Shown in pieces: positions 45,901-55,700 of a DNA stretch of 64,000 nt (position 1 is its first letter; the number at the start of each line of letters is the position of its first letter). The position numbers were made by a program, and so were the translations under genes. The DNA is taken from assembly GCA_947476045.1 (NCBI GenBank), contig CANJNZ010000009.1:9564-73563 (forward strand), in the 5' to 3' direction. The notes below the pieces were generated by a model. The model did not search any database. It was not told the DNA's origin and worked only from the letters and a program-made list of their open reading frames with translations. Origin of the DNA: Chthoniobacteraceae bacterium. GTDB lineage: Bacteria; Verrucomicrobiota; Verrucomicrobiia; Chthoniobacterales; Chthoniobacteraceae.

Positions 45901-48900
45901 ACGCTCGCTCCAGAAAGGGTCAGCGTATTCGCACCATTTTTCGCAATACCCATGTTGGTCTTGTTCGGAAAAACCGCCGCTGTGCTGAAATTTCCGCTGG
46001 TGGTATCTACGCCCAATGTCGCCGCGCCGGTGAATGTCAGGTTGGCGTTGTTCACCAGATTGCCAATTTCGGCATCGGCCCATTCTGAAGCGCCGCCAGT
46101 GCGCACGCCGAGCGAAGCGCCGACTGCCACTGTGATTGTCGCCGTGTTGTAGTTGGGGAGGGCTGCGCTGATCAGAGCGGTCAGTGTGCCTGCATTGACA
46201 GCGGTTGTGCCAGTGTAGGTATTTGCTCCGGAAAGGATCAGCGTGCCAGCGCCGGTCTTGGTCAGGCCCAATGTATTACTGCTTGGGATCACCCCACCGA
46301 GCGTCACGCTCTGTCCGTTCGTATCAAGCGCGATAGCGAAGGCTGAATTATTTTGAATCCGCGAGCCCCAGTTCACGGTCTGATTGTTCAGACTGCTACC
46401 GAATTGCAGCGCGCCGCCGCCCAACGCGATGTTCCCGCCATTGCCCAGGGCGCTGGCGTGATTCGCCTGCAAAAAACCGCCGTTGATAGCAGTGACACCC
46501 GTGTAGGTGTTGGCCCCGCTGAGCGTGATCGTGCCGCTGCCAGTCTTGGTCAAAGCGATCACGCCGCTGCCGGTGTCGTTCTTGTCGGCGATGACACCGA
46601 GAAAATTTCCGCCACCGTTATTGCCGCTGCCAATCGTGAAAGTGACGGTGCTGTTGCCCTGATTATTGACGATGGTTCCACCGTTACCTGTGAGATTACC
46701 GACGTTCTGACTGGTGTTGTTGAAATCCAAAATGCCTCCGTTGACGTTCAGCGTCCCACTCGTGGAGCCGAGCGTGCCCGACCCGCTCAACTGTAGTTTG
46801 CCGGATGATACCGTTGCGCCACCCGTGTAGGTATTGGTGCCTGCGAGGACTTGAGTGCCCGCGCCATTCATCACGAGACTGAGCGCACCGAGTCCGCCGT
46901 CGCCAGCAAGCACGCCGGTAAAAACAGCGCGGTCGGCTGTGGTGAGCACCAGCGACGATGCGGATGCCACGTTGGTATTTTGCACCGCGCCGAAGCTGAC
47001 GCCGGTCACATAGTCGTTGAGAGAGGCGACCTGCTGGGTGTTGCCGTTCAGATCAAAAATTGCATCGCTGGCAATCGAGAGTGCGGTGGTGCCTGGCAGG
47101 GTGGCAGAAGTGGGCGCAAAGAGCGCGGGGTTGGTGTTGAGACTCGTCACTTCGCCGGAAGTGATGGCGCGATTGAAGAAGTAGATTTCGTCCAGTTTGC
47201 CGTTGAAGAAGGAATTCCACGTCGTGGTGCTGTAGGCGTTGCTATTCGCCCTAGCCCCGAAAGCCAACATGGCGGCGCTGGCACCAATGTTTCCGGTGGC
47301 TGTTGACTGAGCGAGCAGTGCGCCATCAACATAAATCTTCTTGTTATTGGCCCCGCCAGCGGCGTCGTAGGTCATCGTGATCATGTGCCATACACCGTTA
47401 TTGACACTCGACGCATTGTTCGTGTCCCCCTGCGGGCGGGTGGTCCATGACAAATTGGTGCCGCTGGCAGCATTTTTACGCATCTGCCAGCCTTGAGTGT
47501 TTTCTCCAAATTTACTGACAAACGGACTCCAAGTGCCAGGCCAGCCCTTGACCCACGCTGAGATGGTCATTGCAGAGCCGCCGTCGAAGACAGACTGGGT
47601 GCCGCCGGTGTCCACATAGACCAGTTGATTCGTGCCGTTCAATTGCAGCGAATAGCCGGTTCCGGAGCGTGTATCCGTCGAGTAGGTCGGGGCGTTGACG
47701 GCTGTGCCGTTATAGCCGTTGCCGGAAACATCGTTCGCGTTTTGAGCGTCGAAAGTCCAACTGCCCTTCAGTCCGGAATATGTGGTAGGTGCAGACAACT
47801 TCAGCGTGCCACCGATGACCTCGGTCGCACCGTTGTAGGACTGAAAATTACTGATGAGCAACGTGCCCGCGCCGGACTTCACCAAGCCTGCGGTATTGCT
47901 GCTCGCAATCGTCCCCGAGAGCGTCAGCGACTGGCTGTTGGTATCAATTCTGATGGGTGCAGTGCTGCTCGCGATCCTTCCGCCCCATGCAACCATGCTG
48001 TTGTTCAAAGTGCTGCCGACCTGCAACGTGCCACCGAAAAACTTGATGTTTCCACCATTGCCAAGAGCCGTCGCGTTATCTGCCAGCACGACACCGCCGT
48101 TGATCGTCGTGATACCCGTGTAAGTATTCGCTCCCGAAAGCGCCAGCGTGCCAGCGCCGGACTTGGTCAGACTGCTGGTTCCGTTGACGAGGATCGGCGT
48201 GCTGATGTTCAGCGTATCCCCCGCTAAATCCGTGCGAATCACCATCTCGTTATTGGCCGCCGTCGTCGTGATTCCTGTTCCCCCGGAAATCGTCGCCGCA
48301 TTTCCTCCCGATTTCAAAACTCCGTTGAGGCTCAACGTCTGCGATACGTCCAAGGTAATGTTGAAAGCACCGGGATCGCTGATCGTATTCACCGACGCCG
48401 TCGTCTGGGCCGTGATGTCGCCGGAAATCTGCACGTCCTTCGTCGCATCATTCACACCGAGCGTCGGCCCACTCGCAATGGACAATGGCGCATTCGCATC
48501 TGTGCCATAATTGAGTCCGCGCACAAAACCGCCCGCATCATATGCCGCATACTGGGAGCCGTTGTAAAACAGTCCGCGATCCAGCAACTGCGCCGTCAAT
48601 TCCCCGCCAATCGTGATGTTGTTTGTCCCGCCAGCGCCTTGCGTTCCATTGAGCAGCGTGAAATTTCCCGTCGCTCCTGCAGCGCGCACCGCACGCGATG
48701 TGAAACTCACCGTGCTCGTCCCTCCATTGTTTGTCGAACGCACCGTTCCATCGCCACCGCTGAACCTCAGCACTTTCATCCCCTGACCCACCCCGCTCGC
48801 CGCGCTCACATGGAAAGTCCCCGTTCCCGCGAACGTCAAATCCATCCCTGTCGTTCCATTGAGACTTCCATTCAGCGTCAACGTCCCACCGCCTATCGTC

Positions 48901-49418
48901 GTCGTCCCGGTGAAAGTATTCGCGCCACCGAGAATCAAATCCCCAAGCCCGATCTTGTTCAAATTCACGTTCGTTCCGCTAATCACTCCATTCACCGTCA
49001 ACGTCCGTCCATTCGCCACATTCCACGACTGATCCGCCGCCAGCGCCACCAGCGCTTCGAGCAGCAAATTCTGCGACGCAGCACTCATATCAATCCCACC
49101 CGCACCCAGCGTGAGCAAATTCCCGGCGCCAATCGTGATCAGCCCGCCCGGCGTCCTGATCCTCAAACCCTGAATCGAAAAATCCGCCCCCAACGTCGTC
49201 GTCAGATTCGAAGTCGAGCCCGCATCAAACACAGCCACATCAGCCGCCACCGGCGCGAATCCTCCCACCCAGTTTCCGCCAGTGCTCCAAAGCGCGTCAG
49301 CCGCCCCATTCCACGAAATGTTCGCCGCCGATGCGTTCACAGCAAACAAAGCAGCAAATGGCACTGCACAGATGCGGAGAACACGTGAATAACGTAAAGG
49401 AGGATTTTGTTTCATCAT
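39846..49418 (-). CDS. giant (3190 aa) secreted autotransporter-associated beta-strand repeat protein with LamG-like insert and C-terminal PEP-CTERM anchor
   Basis: Signal peptide 'ICAVPFAALFAVNASA'. Dozens of 'G.G.L.L.G.NTYTG.T.I..G.L' repeats. C-terminus 'VPEPGAAVSLLGGLGLLLGLRRRRA'. Confidence 0.9.
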   Translation of the reverse strand: MMKQNPPLRYSRVLRICAVPFAALFAVNASAANISWNGAADALWSTGGNWVGGFAPVAADVAVFDAGSTSNLTTTLGADFSIQGLRIRTPGGLITIGAGNLLTLGAGGIDMSAASQNLLLEALVALAADQSWNVANGRTLTVNGVISGTNVNLNKIGLGDLILGGANTFTGTTTIGGGTLTLNGSLNGTTGMDLTFAGTGTFHVSAASGVGQGMKVLRFSGGDGTVRSTNNGGTSTVSFTSRAVRAAGATGNFTLLNGTQGAGGTNNITIGGELTAQLLDRGLFYNGSQYAAYDAGGFVRGLNYGTDANAPLSIASGPTLGVNDATKDVQISGDITAQTTASVNTISDPGAFNITLDVSQTLSLNGVLKSGGNAATISGGTGITTTAANNEMVIRTDLAGDTLNISTPILVNGTSSLTKSGAGTLALSGANTYTGITTINGGVVLADNATALGNGGNIKFFGGTLQVGSTLNNSMVAWGGRIASSTAPIRIDTNSQSLTLSGTIASSNTAGLVKSGAGTLLISNFQSYNGATEVIGGTLKLSAPTTYSGLKGSWTFDAQNANDVSGNGYNGTAVNAPTYSTDTRSGTGYSLQLNGTNQLVYVDTGGTQSVFDGGSAMTISAWVKGWPGTWSPFVSKFGENTQGWQMRKNAASGTNLSWTTRPQGDTNNASSVNNGVWHMITMTYDAAGGANNKKIYVDGALLAQSTATGNIGASAAMLAFGARANSNAYSTTTWNSFFNGKLDEIYFFNRAITSGEVTSLNTNPALFAPTSATLPGTTALSIASDAIFDLNGNTQQVASLNDYVTGVSFGAVQNTNVASASSLVLTTADRAVFTGVLAGDGGLGALSLVMNGAGTQVLAGTNTYTGGATVSSGKLQLSGSGTLGSTSGTLNVNGGILDFNNTSQNVGNLTGNGGTIVNNQGNSTVTFTIGSGNNGGGNFLGVIADKNDTGSGVIALTKTGSGTITLSGANTYTGVTAINGGFLQANHASALGNGGNIALGGGALQFGSSLNNQTVNWGSRIQNNSAFAIALDTNGQSVTLGGVIPSSNTLGLTKTGAGTLILSGANTYTGTTAVNAGTLTALISAALPNYNTATITVAVGASLGVRTGGASEWADAEIGNLVNNANLTFTGAATLGVDTTSGNFSTAAVFPNKTNMGIAKNGANTLTLSGASVYTGPTVVNGGILKAGVASVAGVSGAFGNNSAVTLANTAGVALDIAGFDTQIGSLAGGGANGGNVTLGANTLTVGGNNTNTTYAGVISSSVGVTGVSLYKTGTGSLTLQGANTFTGKIVIAGGNLIANDENGTTNEPKLGTTPSVFVADSITIKNGAILTMLSGTDGRSLSANRGIYLDTGIQTINTGGGDFYINGVISGPGGLFHGNGGAIGYAGRRLYLPAANTYTGDTKWDASGSAGNYGGIEMQNPLALQNSAVDANSVASWLTASTSGGVLQLGGLINGNRTLQDLTANATFTGLILNPTIADAIKTYTNVIGTGNHANTTLTKTGAGMQALNGANAYTGATFIKVGTLSINTIKDVGSATASSLGKPTTVANGTISIGNLSTGATLLYTGTGDTTDRVINMAGTTGGATLDQSGASGVLTLTRNFTATGVGAKILMLQGSTAGAGVIGGQIVDSSGGATSLTKTGTGAWTLNGANPFTGDTTLNGGTLTIGNLLALQNSALNYTAGTLSFSAGINTPTFGGMKGSVSLSITANVTDLTLSPGNGISHNYSGTLGSDLPGMNLIKNGAGTQRIGAATYTGSTAVNVGKLYLNGSNSATAISVAGGATLGGSGSAASAVATIADTGIVEAGSGGAGGLSLGGLNFTNTSTINIANIGNYSGSSAVNVINTDGLFVNGGSGSITITLSGTAPAGGTAHLIQYAGSIGGAGAGFGAFVLNTAGLGAGPRALFTLSNPTAYVDLSYSLDNPVWSGVGDGNWITSANLSVTLPVNWKLASNAAIATNFIAADAALFNDTVSGTTTVNISTADVSPASVTFSNSAKDYTLQGGFGITGGTALTKSGSGKLTITTNNSYTGGTTISGGTIQIGDGGTKGTLGVGAIVDDGVLTFNRSDLVSVSDAISGTGSIIKNGDGELVLSGTNSHGGNTTLNTGKLTFASAPALGSSTLIINSGTLDSGVAGLVLTSNNAQTWNSDFAFSGTNDLDLGSGAVSLGSTVGARTLSVNAGTLTVRGAISNGVSTALTKAGAGTLVLDGISNYSGGTTINTGTLTVSDGANLGASSSPLAVNNPNTGDGTNVVLNLNGSVSTGPLSGTIAIPTSGTNTAMINIAASKTLTLNQTTDGIYDGSIAGAGRLIKRSSGKLTLFGSNTHGGTVLDDGTLSVSSLSALGNGGLLSIALNSGTFQYSGHDVVTSNNFNLAGGAVTLDIVHADASLTLSNAYHDSTITKKGAGTFALAGNVYYIGFNFGSLVLSIDEGSMVLGSTVTDPAFMTTVNSVTDVKTGATLKLGNAQGRQIVPTNPFHMSGGSFDLNGNTNNYEPQIDGTGIVTNSNATAAMLMVHPSNTKTFGGNIVDGVGTVGLQFANNFLYAPVPTARWTLSGNNTYSGASTVGVGTIQAGSIAALSPNSAYTVAGGATLNLDGYSNTIGSLTGAGSVTLGSATLSIGKDNTSPAAFSGAISGAGGSVNKIGTGTLTFAAANSYTGQTTVTQGTLKFQIPAALYNADASKWTKANITVNPGAVLDLGVGGVGQFVTADINTLLDAAHLGASDSVSGLLNNASIGFDTAGGDFTFDASLSNQNGGANVLGVQKFGTNTLTFTGANTYSGTTTINAGVLQISNGGTTGSLGSGNVINNGSLVFNRGDALAISNAISGTGSLTKLGNDTLVLSGASTYTGTTTIGGGVLSINSIQNAGSATPNALGNPAVGVNSIISFAAGSTLRYTGSADGSSDRVINLSTPAGGTFNFDASGSTLFALSGGINTTGATTLVLTGSGDGSENGGIANGTAPNVTEVVKNGIGTWMIGGTNTYTGDTTINAGILQINGAISSNTIVNTGTLVVSGTISGSTTVNSGGTVSGDNGTLGDVVVNGGTLSPGANGTGTLNTGTLNTGTLTFNAGGIFQFQIDSSAPALDFINITGNLNITIGAVMNVTDLGTAILAEGTSAPIINYSGAWNGTGFMGLGDDSVFTVGLNAYQISYNGADGTTNEVTLTVVPEPGAAVSLLGGLGLLLGLRRRRA
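47150..47765 (-). other. LamG/concanavalin-A-like lectin module inserted in the 3190-aa protein (approximate bounds)
   Basis: 'WTFD....DVSGNGYNGT', 'MTISAWVK', 'W.HITMTYD', 'IYVDG' and 'G.LDEIYFFNRAIT' follow the Laminin_G_3-type pattern. Confidence 0.7.
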
Positions 49419-49640
49419 GGTTATACTGAGGAAAATTATCTGGTGCTTCAGCTAATCACATAGCGATGAACAGAGTGCTCGCAACGAGGAAATTTCACGT
49501 TCCAGCGACATATGTTTCCTTCATATCTTATGGCGTGGAGCAAAGCCTTTTGTGGGCTCCGTGTCTTTTGTGCGAGGCCGCCTGCCTCTGCGTCCATCCG
49601 TGTTGATCGACAGTTGAAAAATGCTGCATTTATTACCCGG

Positions 49641-49683
49641 AAATCAAAACTGCCATGCAAAGCGGTGGCCCTGCATGGCAGTT
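49641..49683 (-). terminator. intrinsic terminator downstream of the >4760-aa gene
   Basis: Perfect 12-bp stem (aactgccatgca at 49648-49659 pairing with tgcatggcagtt at 49672-49683) with a 12-nt loop. On the minus strand it is followed by TTGATTT. It lies 23 nt after the stop codon. Confidence 0.65.
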
Positions 49684-49705
49684 GGTGATTTGTTGGTTGA
49701 ACTTC

Positions 49706-49783
49706 CTACTTCCGGCGACGGCGGGCACCGAGGAGCAGGCCGAGGCCGCCGAGCAGCGAAACTGCTGCACCGGGCTCGGGCAC
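49706..49783 (-). other. PEP-CTERM sorting signal coding segment
   Basis: VPEP, a hydrophobic helix, RRRRK and the stop. Nearly identical at the amino-acid level to the 39846-39923 segment. Confidence 0.9.
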
Positions 49784-52700
49784 CACAGTCAGCGTGACCG
49801 AGGTATTGTCGAACTGGTTATTGATGTCTCCGTTGTAGGAAATCATCACCAAGTTCATACCCACAGTGAATACGCTGTCGTCTGGATGTCCGGCAAATAG
49901 GCCGCCATCCCAAGTTCCGTAGTCAATCAGGAGCGCGGTAGGCCCAGTCTGATTCATATTGTCATACAGGTTCGTTGAACCGAGATCCGAAACATTCAAT
50001 ACCGCTCCACTGCTGATGCTGAGGGCACCCGTAACCGTGAGTAAGTCGAGGACCGCAGTATCCGAATTGAGCTGATAATTGAAGGCGCCGGTTCCGCTGA
50101 AGGTCAGATTGCCGCTGACAGTCACTTCGCCGATACCGCCAGATGATGCAGGATCGCCTGCAGCGATTGCGCCACCGCTATTCACGGTTACGTTACCCAG
50201 AGTTCCGCTTGCACCGCCGAGCACGCCGCCGTTCACCGTTGCCGTGCTGCCGGAGAGCGAGCCGGTGTTCACCAGCAGTGTGCCAGTGCTCACGGTCACA
50301 GTGCCGGTGAAGGCGCTGTTGTTTGCGGTCATAATCGTCGTGCCGGAGCCCGTCTGGGACATATTGCCGGAACCGGTGACAAGTTCGCTGAAGGTGGCGA
50401 CATCACTGCGGTTGAAGGCCAGTGAGCCACCACTGTTCAGGACGACGTTGCTGGTTCCATCAATGGAGCCTGTTGTGCTGCCATTGCCGATTTGGAGCGT
50501 TCCGCCGGATACCGTCGTGACGCCTGTGTAGGTGTTTGCACCGGTGAGGATTTGTGTGCTGTTACCGTTCTTGGTTAGGGCGACCGTGCTGGCTCCGTTA
50601 CTGATGACACCGCCGAAGGTGGTGCTGCCGGACGTGCCGCTGATGGTCAGGATGCTGTTGATGGTCGCATGGCTGTTGGTGATGCTCGCACCGCCGACAC
50701 CCGTGAGCGAAGCAATCTGCTGCTGGTTGCCATTGATGTCGAGGATCGCGCCCGACGCGATCGTCACCGACGTGGTGACCGGGAGCGGGTTGTTGCCGCC
50801 GACTTGTGTAATAACTGTCCACGAACCGCCTTGATCGGCATTGCCAGCGGAGTTCACATACACTTGGGAACCACCGGGTTTTGTGATATACCAGTTATTG
50901 CTCTCACCACCGCCATCCTCATGCGACATATAGAGGTAGTTGTAGGTGGTGCCGGCAGTCAGGGACTTGCTGGCGTTGAAATTCCCAGTGGTGCCGCCGT
51001 AGCGCTCAGAGCTTGCGAAGGTTCCGTTGCCATCCAAGTCAAGATACATGACGCCATGGTCGTCATTGGCCGAAGCGAAGTTATAGTTGCCCGTGGAATT
51101 CGGAGTGAAGCGACCACTCCAAGCGGTCGTGAAGTTTTCTCCGCCGCCGATGCTGCCGATGGGGAACGTAAGGAAGCCAATCGCCTGCCCTGTATATGCC
51201 GCCACATTGCCGTCTGGCGTCTTCGAGAGAACCCCTGCGGAACCCGTGAACGAGCGACCGACGGTATTTGCGTCATAGGTGGCAGCATCTAGATTCATAT
51301 CAGCCTGAAAGGAATTACCGAACCAGGATACATTGATACCGGCGGATGTCGCCTCGCCTTGCAGCACTAGGGTGCCTGCACTCACGACTGTCGCGCCCTG
51401 ATAAGTATTCCCTGTGGCGCTGACGATTCTCAGCGTCCCGTTGCCCACCTTGGTCAGCCCGCCTGCGCCGCTCAGCACGCCGCTATAGGTGGTTGTTGCA
51501 TCATTGTTGCCAACATTCAGCGTCACAGCTTGGGATGTTGCAGTCGCCAGCGTAATGTTGCCGGTGCCCTGCAGGCCGCCGAGTGTCGGGGCAGTAATCC
51601 CCGTGGCGAAGGTCAGTCCGTTGTTGCTGTTCACACTCACGGTGGTGTTTTGCAAGGCCGAGTTATGGGCGGCACTGATGGCACCGGCGGAGATGGTGGT
51701 CGCACCATTGAAGGTATTCGCCGCCGAGAGGGTCACGGTGCCGCTGGTCGTTTTCGTCAAAGCACCGCTGCCCGCGAGGACTGCACCGACCGAGCCGCTT
51801 TCCACGGCGTAGGATGAACCAGTGAGGGTGCCGTTGTTGATCTGTCCGCTGTTTTTCAAGGCGACTGCGCCAACCGTCTGCGAAGTCGTGCCGAGGTTTG
51901 CTATGGCCGTGCTGCCATCCACGGTCAGCGGCCCGGTGGTGGCACCGAGCGTGCCGCTACCTGAGACAGCCAGTGTGCCGGCATTGACGGTGTTGCCGCC
52001 CGTGTAGCCGTTGGCGGCGGTGAGAGTCACCGAGCCGGCTCCTGTCTTGACCAGTTTGCCCGCGCTGGTGCCGTCGCTGAGGATGCCACCAAGGGTCAGA
52101 TTGTTCGAGACGCTGCTGACGGTGGTGCCTGCGGCGCGCGAAAGCGACATTGCGAGGTTGACGACTTGATTCGTCGAGGAGTTGTTGGCGAGATCGCCAG
52201 CCATATCGATGGAGTTTCCGCCCACCGTAAAGCCTGCGGCTCCGGAATCGAATGACACACCAGCGAACACCGTTCCCGGAGTGAAGTCGTTGTTTGGAGT
52301 CACGCGATTTGGGCCGTAGAAGTGAACGATTTCACCACCGATGACCGGGCTGCTCCAGTTGTCAGCGGTCGTCCAGTTGTCATCCGCGCTTGGTGCGCCG
52401 CCGGTCCAGACTTTGTCAGCGGCGACCACCAGATTGAGCGCGCCACCTGCGAGGGTGAGATAATATCCGGCTGGTGCGACTGCGCCGCCGAGGGTTTGCA
52501 GCGAGTAGTTGGTAAGTGCCGAGGCCGTTCCGGTGTAGCCGATGAGCGGATACGTGTTGGCCGCGAGTCCGGTGGATACCCCGATGACCGTGCCGCTGGC
52601 AGCGGTGAGGTTGCCGGTGATGCTCAGGAAGTCCCTCGTGGTGATGTCCTGGATGTCGAAGTAACCGACTGCGCCGCTGCCGAAGGTCAGGCCGCCACCG

Positions 52701-55700
52701 AGGGTGAGCGTGCCGTAGCCGCCGATGTCAGCAGCAGTGATACGATTGACACGGGCGATTGCAGACGTGGCGCTGAGCGCGACCGCACCGCTGATGGTGC
52801 CGGTGCCGCCGATGGTGACCGTGGTGTTGTCGTTCAAATTGGTGATGGTGAAGGCACTGCCTGCGACAGTGGTGCCATTCACTAGAACAGTGCCGCCGTT
52901 GATGGTCGTCGCGCCCGTGTAGGTGTTCGTCCCGCCGAGCGTCAGTGTGCCGAGGCCGGTCTTGGTGATGCCGCCGTTACCGCTGCCAATCGCTGCGCCA
53001 AACGTCGTGTTGCCAGCGCCGGTGACGGTGAGGAGGTGCGAGCCGTTGGTGACTGCACCGCTGACTGTCAGCGTGCCCGCGTCGCTCTGGATGGTAGCGG
53101 CGCCGGTCATGTTGATGGTGCGGTTTACACCGAGGTCATAGGTGTTGGCTATGGAGCGCAGGGTGGTGTTGGCCGCCATGCTGATGGTGTTGGTCACCTG
53201 CGTGAAGTCACCAAGGCTGTTCGCCCCGTTGATTTGCACAGTGCCTACGCTGATCGTGGTCGGGCCGCTGTAGCTGCTGGCTCCGAAGAGGGCCAGTGTG
53301 CCGGTGCCGGCCTTGGTCAGCGCGTTGGCCGTGGTGCCGTCGCTGATGGCTCCGCCGAGCGTGAGCGTCCCTGCATTATTGGTTGTAATCGTGCGTGTGG
53401 TGCCTGCGGTCGTGCCCAGTGAAACCGCCCCCGTGCCGAGATTGAGGTTCCAGTTGTTGTCCGCGCCATAGGTAAAGTTGGCGTTGATCGTGATCGGGTT
53501 GTTGTTGGCGTTTGTGATGCCGGCCCCGTTGGCATTCTGATTGATCGAACCGCCATTGATCGTGAACGTGCCGGATGTGGCGCCCAGTGCAGTCGCATTG
53601 TTCACGTAGAGGGTGCCAGCATTGAGAGTCACTCCACCACCGAACGTATTGGCACCCGCCAGGACGAGATTGTTGGTGGCATTCATCGTGAGACCGCCTG
53701 CGCCGCTGATCGCTCCATTCAGATTCGTCGGCCCGTTGCCGGCGATGGTGAGCAGGTTTCCGCCGTTGGCGACGCTGCCGTTGATGACCAGTGTTCTACC
53801 ATTGTTGTTGTTCGTCCAAGACTGCGCAGCACTCATGGTCAAGTTGGCATTGAAAGTGGCGTTTCCGCCGACCGGAGCGCCCGAGTTCATCGTGAGACCG
53901 CCGGTGCCAATCGTCAAAGTGGAACCGTCGCTATTGAGGTTCACGTCGTTTGGAGTGCTGACATTCGTGATGGTCAGGCTCTTGATCGTCATATCCGCAC
54001 CCAACTTCATGTCGTTCGGGTTTTGTGAGATCGAGGTTGCGGAAAGGAACACATCCGTGGTTGCTCCGGGCACCAATGCCGTGGCGGTGCCACCAAGGTC
54101 GGTCACCCAGTTGCTGACCGAGCCGTTCGATGCAGCCCAAAGATTGGTCGCGCCGCTGAGTCCTCCCTTCCAGTAGGCGGATGTGAGACCGGCGACGCTG
54201 GTGATTGGCACGGTCACACTCGTGGCTGTTCCCGTAGGCGTTCCGACGCTGAAGTTGGTGTTGTTGTAAACAAAGCCCAGCGAATATGTCGGGTTATTCA
54301 ATGTGCTGGAGCCATTGGCGCTGTTGAAAAGCGTGTAGGTGCCGGTGCTTGGGCTGACGCCGTTGATACCGTAAACATTCACCTTCACGGCCCCCGTGGT
54401 GGCCGTGGCAAGGCCCGCCACATTGACCTGTGCGCTGGTGGTGGTGGCGCCGACGGTGCCGCCGATGGTGGTGCTGCCACCCGAGGTGATGCTGAGCGTG
54501 CCACCAATGGCCAGTGGTGCGTCCGCACTCGCGATGTAGTTCAACGCGGTGCTCTGAGCCAGAGACACATTGTTGCCGGAGCCACTGCCGAGACCGCTGG
54601 CGTTGGTGACATTCAAGGTGCCGCCAGTGATTGTGGTCGAGCCGGTGTAGGTGTTCGCGCCGCTGAGAACCAGCGTGGCGCTGTTCGCCTTGGTCAGCGA
54701 GTTGGCCGTGGTGCCGTTGCTGATGACGCCGCCGATGGTTAGCAAGGAGTTGTTGTTGACGTAGATCGTGCGATTCGTTCCAGGATTCGTGCCCAGCGTG
54801 ACGGCACCGGTGCCGAGGTTCAGGCTGTTGTTGTTGGATGCGGCGAAAGTGAAGTCCGCGTTGATCGTCACCGGGTTGTTCGGGAGTATGAGGCCCGTCG
54901 TTTCCGTATCGAGCGAACCACCTGCGAAGTTCAGTCCGCCGGTGCTCAGGGCGCTGGCGTTATTGATGAACACAGTTCCCGCGTTGATCACCGTGCCGCC
55001 CGTGTAGGTGTTCGTCCCGCGCAGATAGAGTCTGTCGCCGCCCGATTTCACGAGGGTGACTGCACCGCCGTTGTCCGTGACGTTCGGGTTGAGATTAATA
55101 AATGCGTTTTCCCAGTTGTTACCGGAGGTGATATAGAGTTTGCCGCCACCCGACGGTGTGGTCACCACGCCCCCGCTGGTGTTGATATACCACTGATTCC
55201 GGCCACCATGGAGCAGGCCGTAGGTGTAGAGATTATTGGTGCCCAAGGTCAGCGTCTGGTTGTAGCCAAAGTTGCGCAGTGCCGTGATGGTGCGGTTGGC
55301 CGTCAGGGTGACGTTGGTTGTAGCATTGATGTTCGTGCCGTTCGCGTAAGCCGCATCGCCCATCGTGTAGGCGTAGTTCGCATTGGTCCAGTTCGTCTCC
55401 GCCGAACCGGCGATGTTTGCCCCGGCAATGTTGCCGTTCGCATCATAGACTGCGTAGTCACGCTGGTTGACGTTCGAGGTGCCAACCGTGGCCCACGGGG
55501 CGATGATCTGCCCTGCGGCGGTCTGTGTCGCCCCGGTCACTTTCACGATGTTGGTCGTCGTGTTCAGGCCGGTGTTGTTGTAATTGACATCGGGCGGCGA
55601 TGAGAACGTGACGGCCGAGGTGTTCGACGCGCCGGTGTGGGTCAGACCGCCGAGGATGAGCGTCTGGGTGTTGTTCGCAGCCGAGGCGTTGCTCTGTAGC

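Noticed and set aside
49448-49660. 70-aa minus-strand ORF in the spacer between the giant genes
   Set aside because: It spans the terminator hairpin, has no recognisable features and has odd composition (C/H/R/F-rich). It is more likely untranslated leader.
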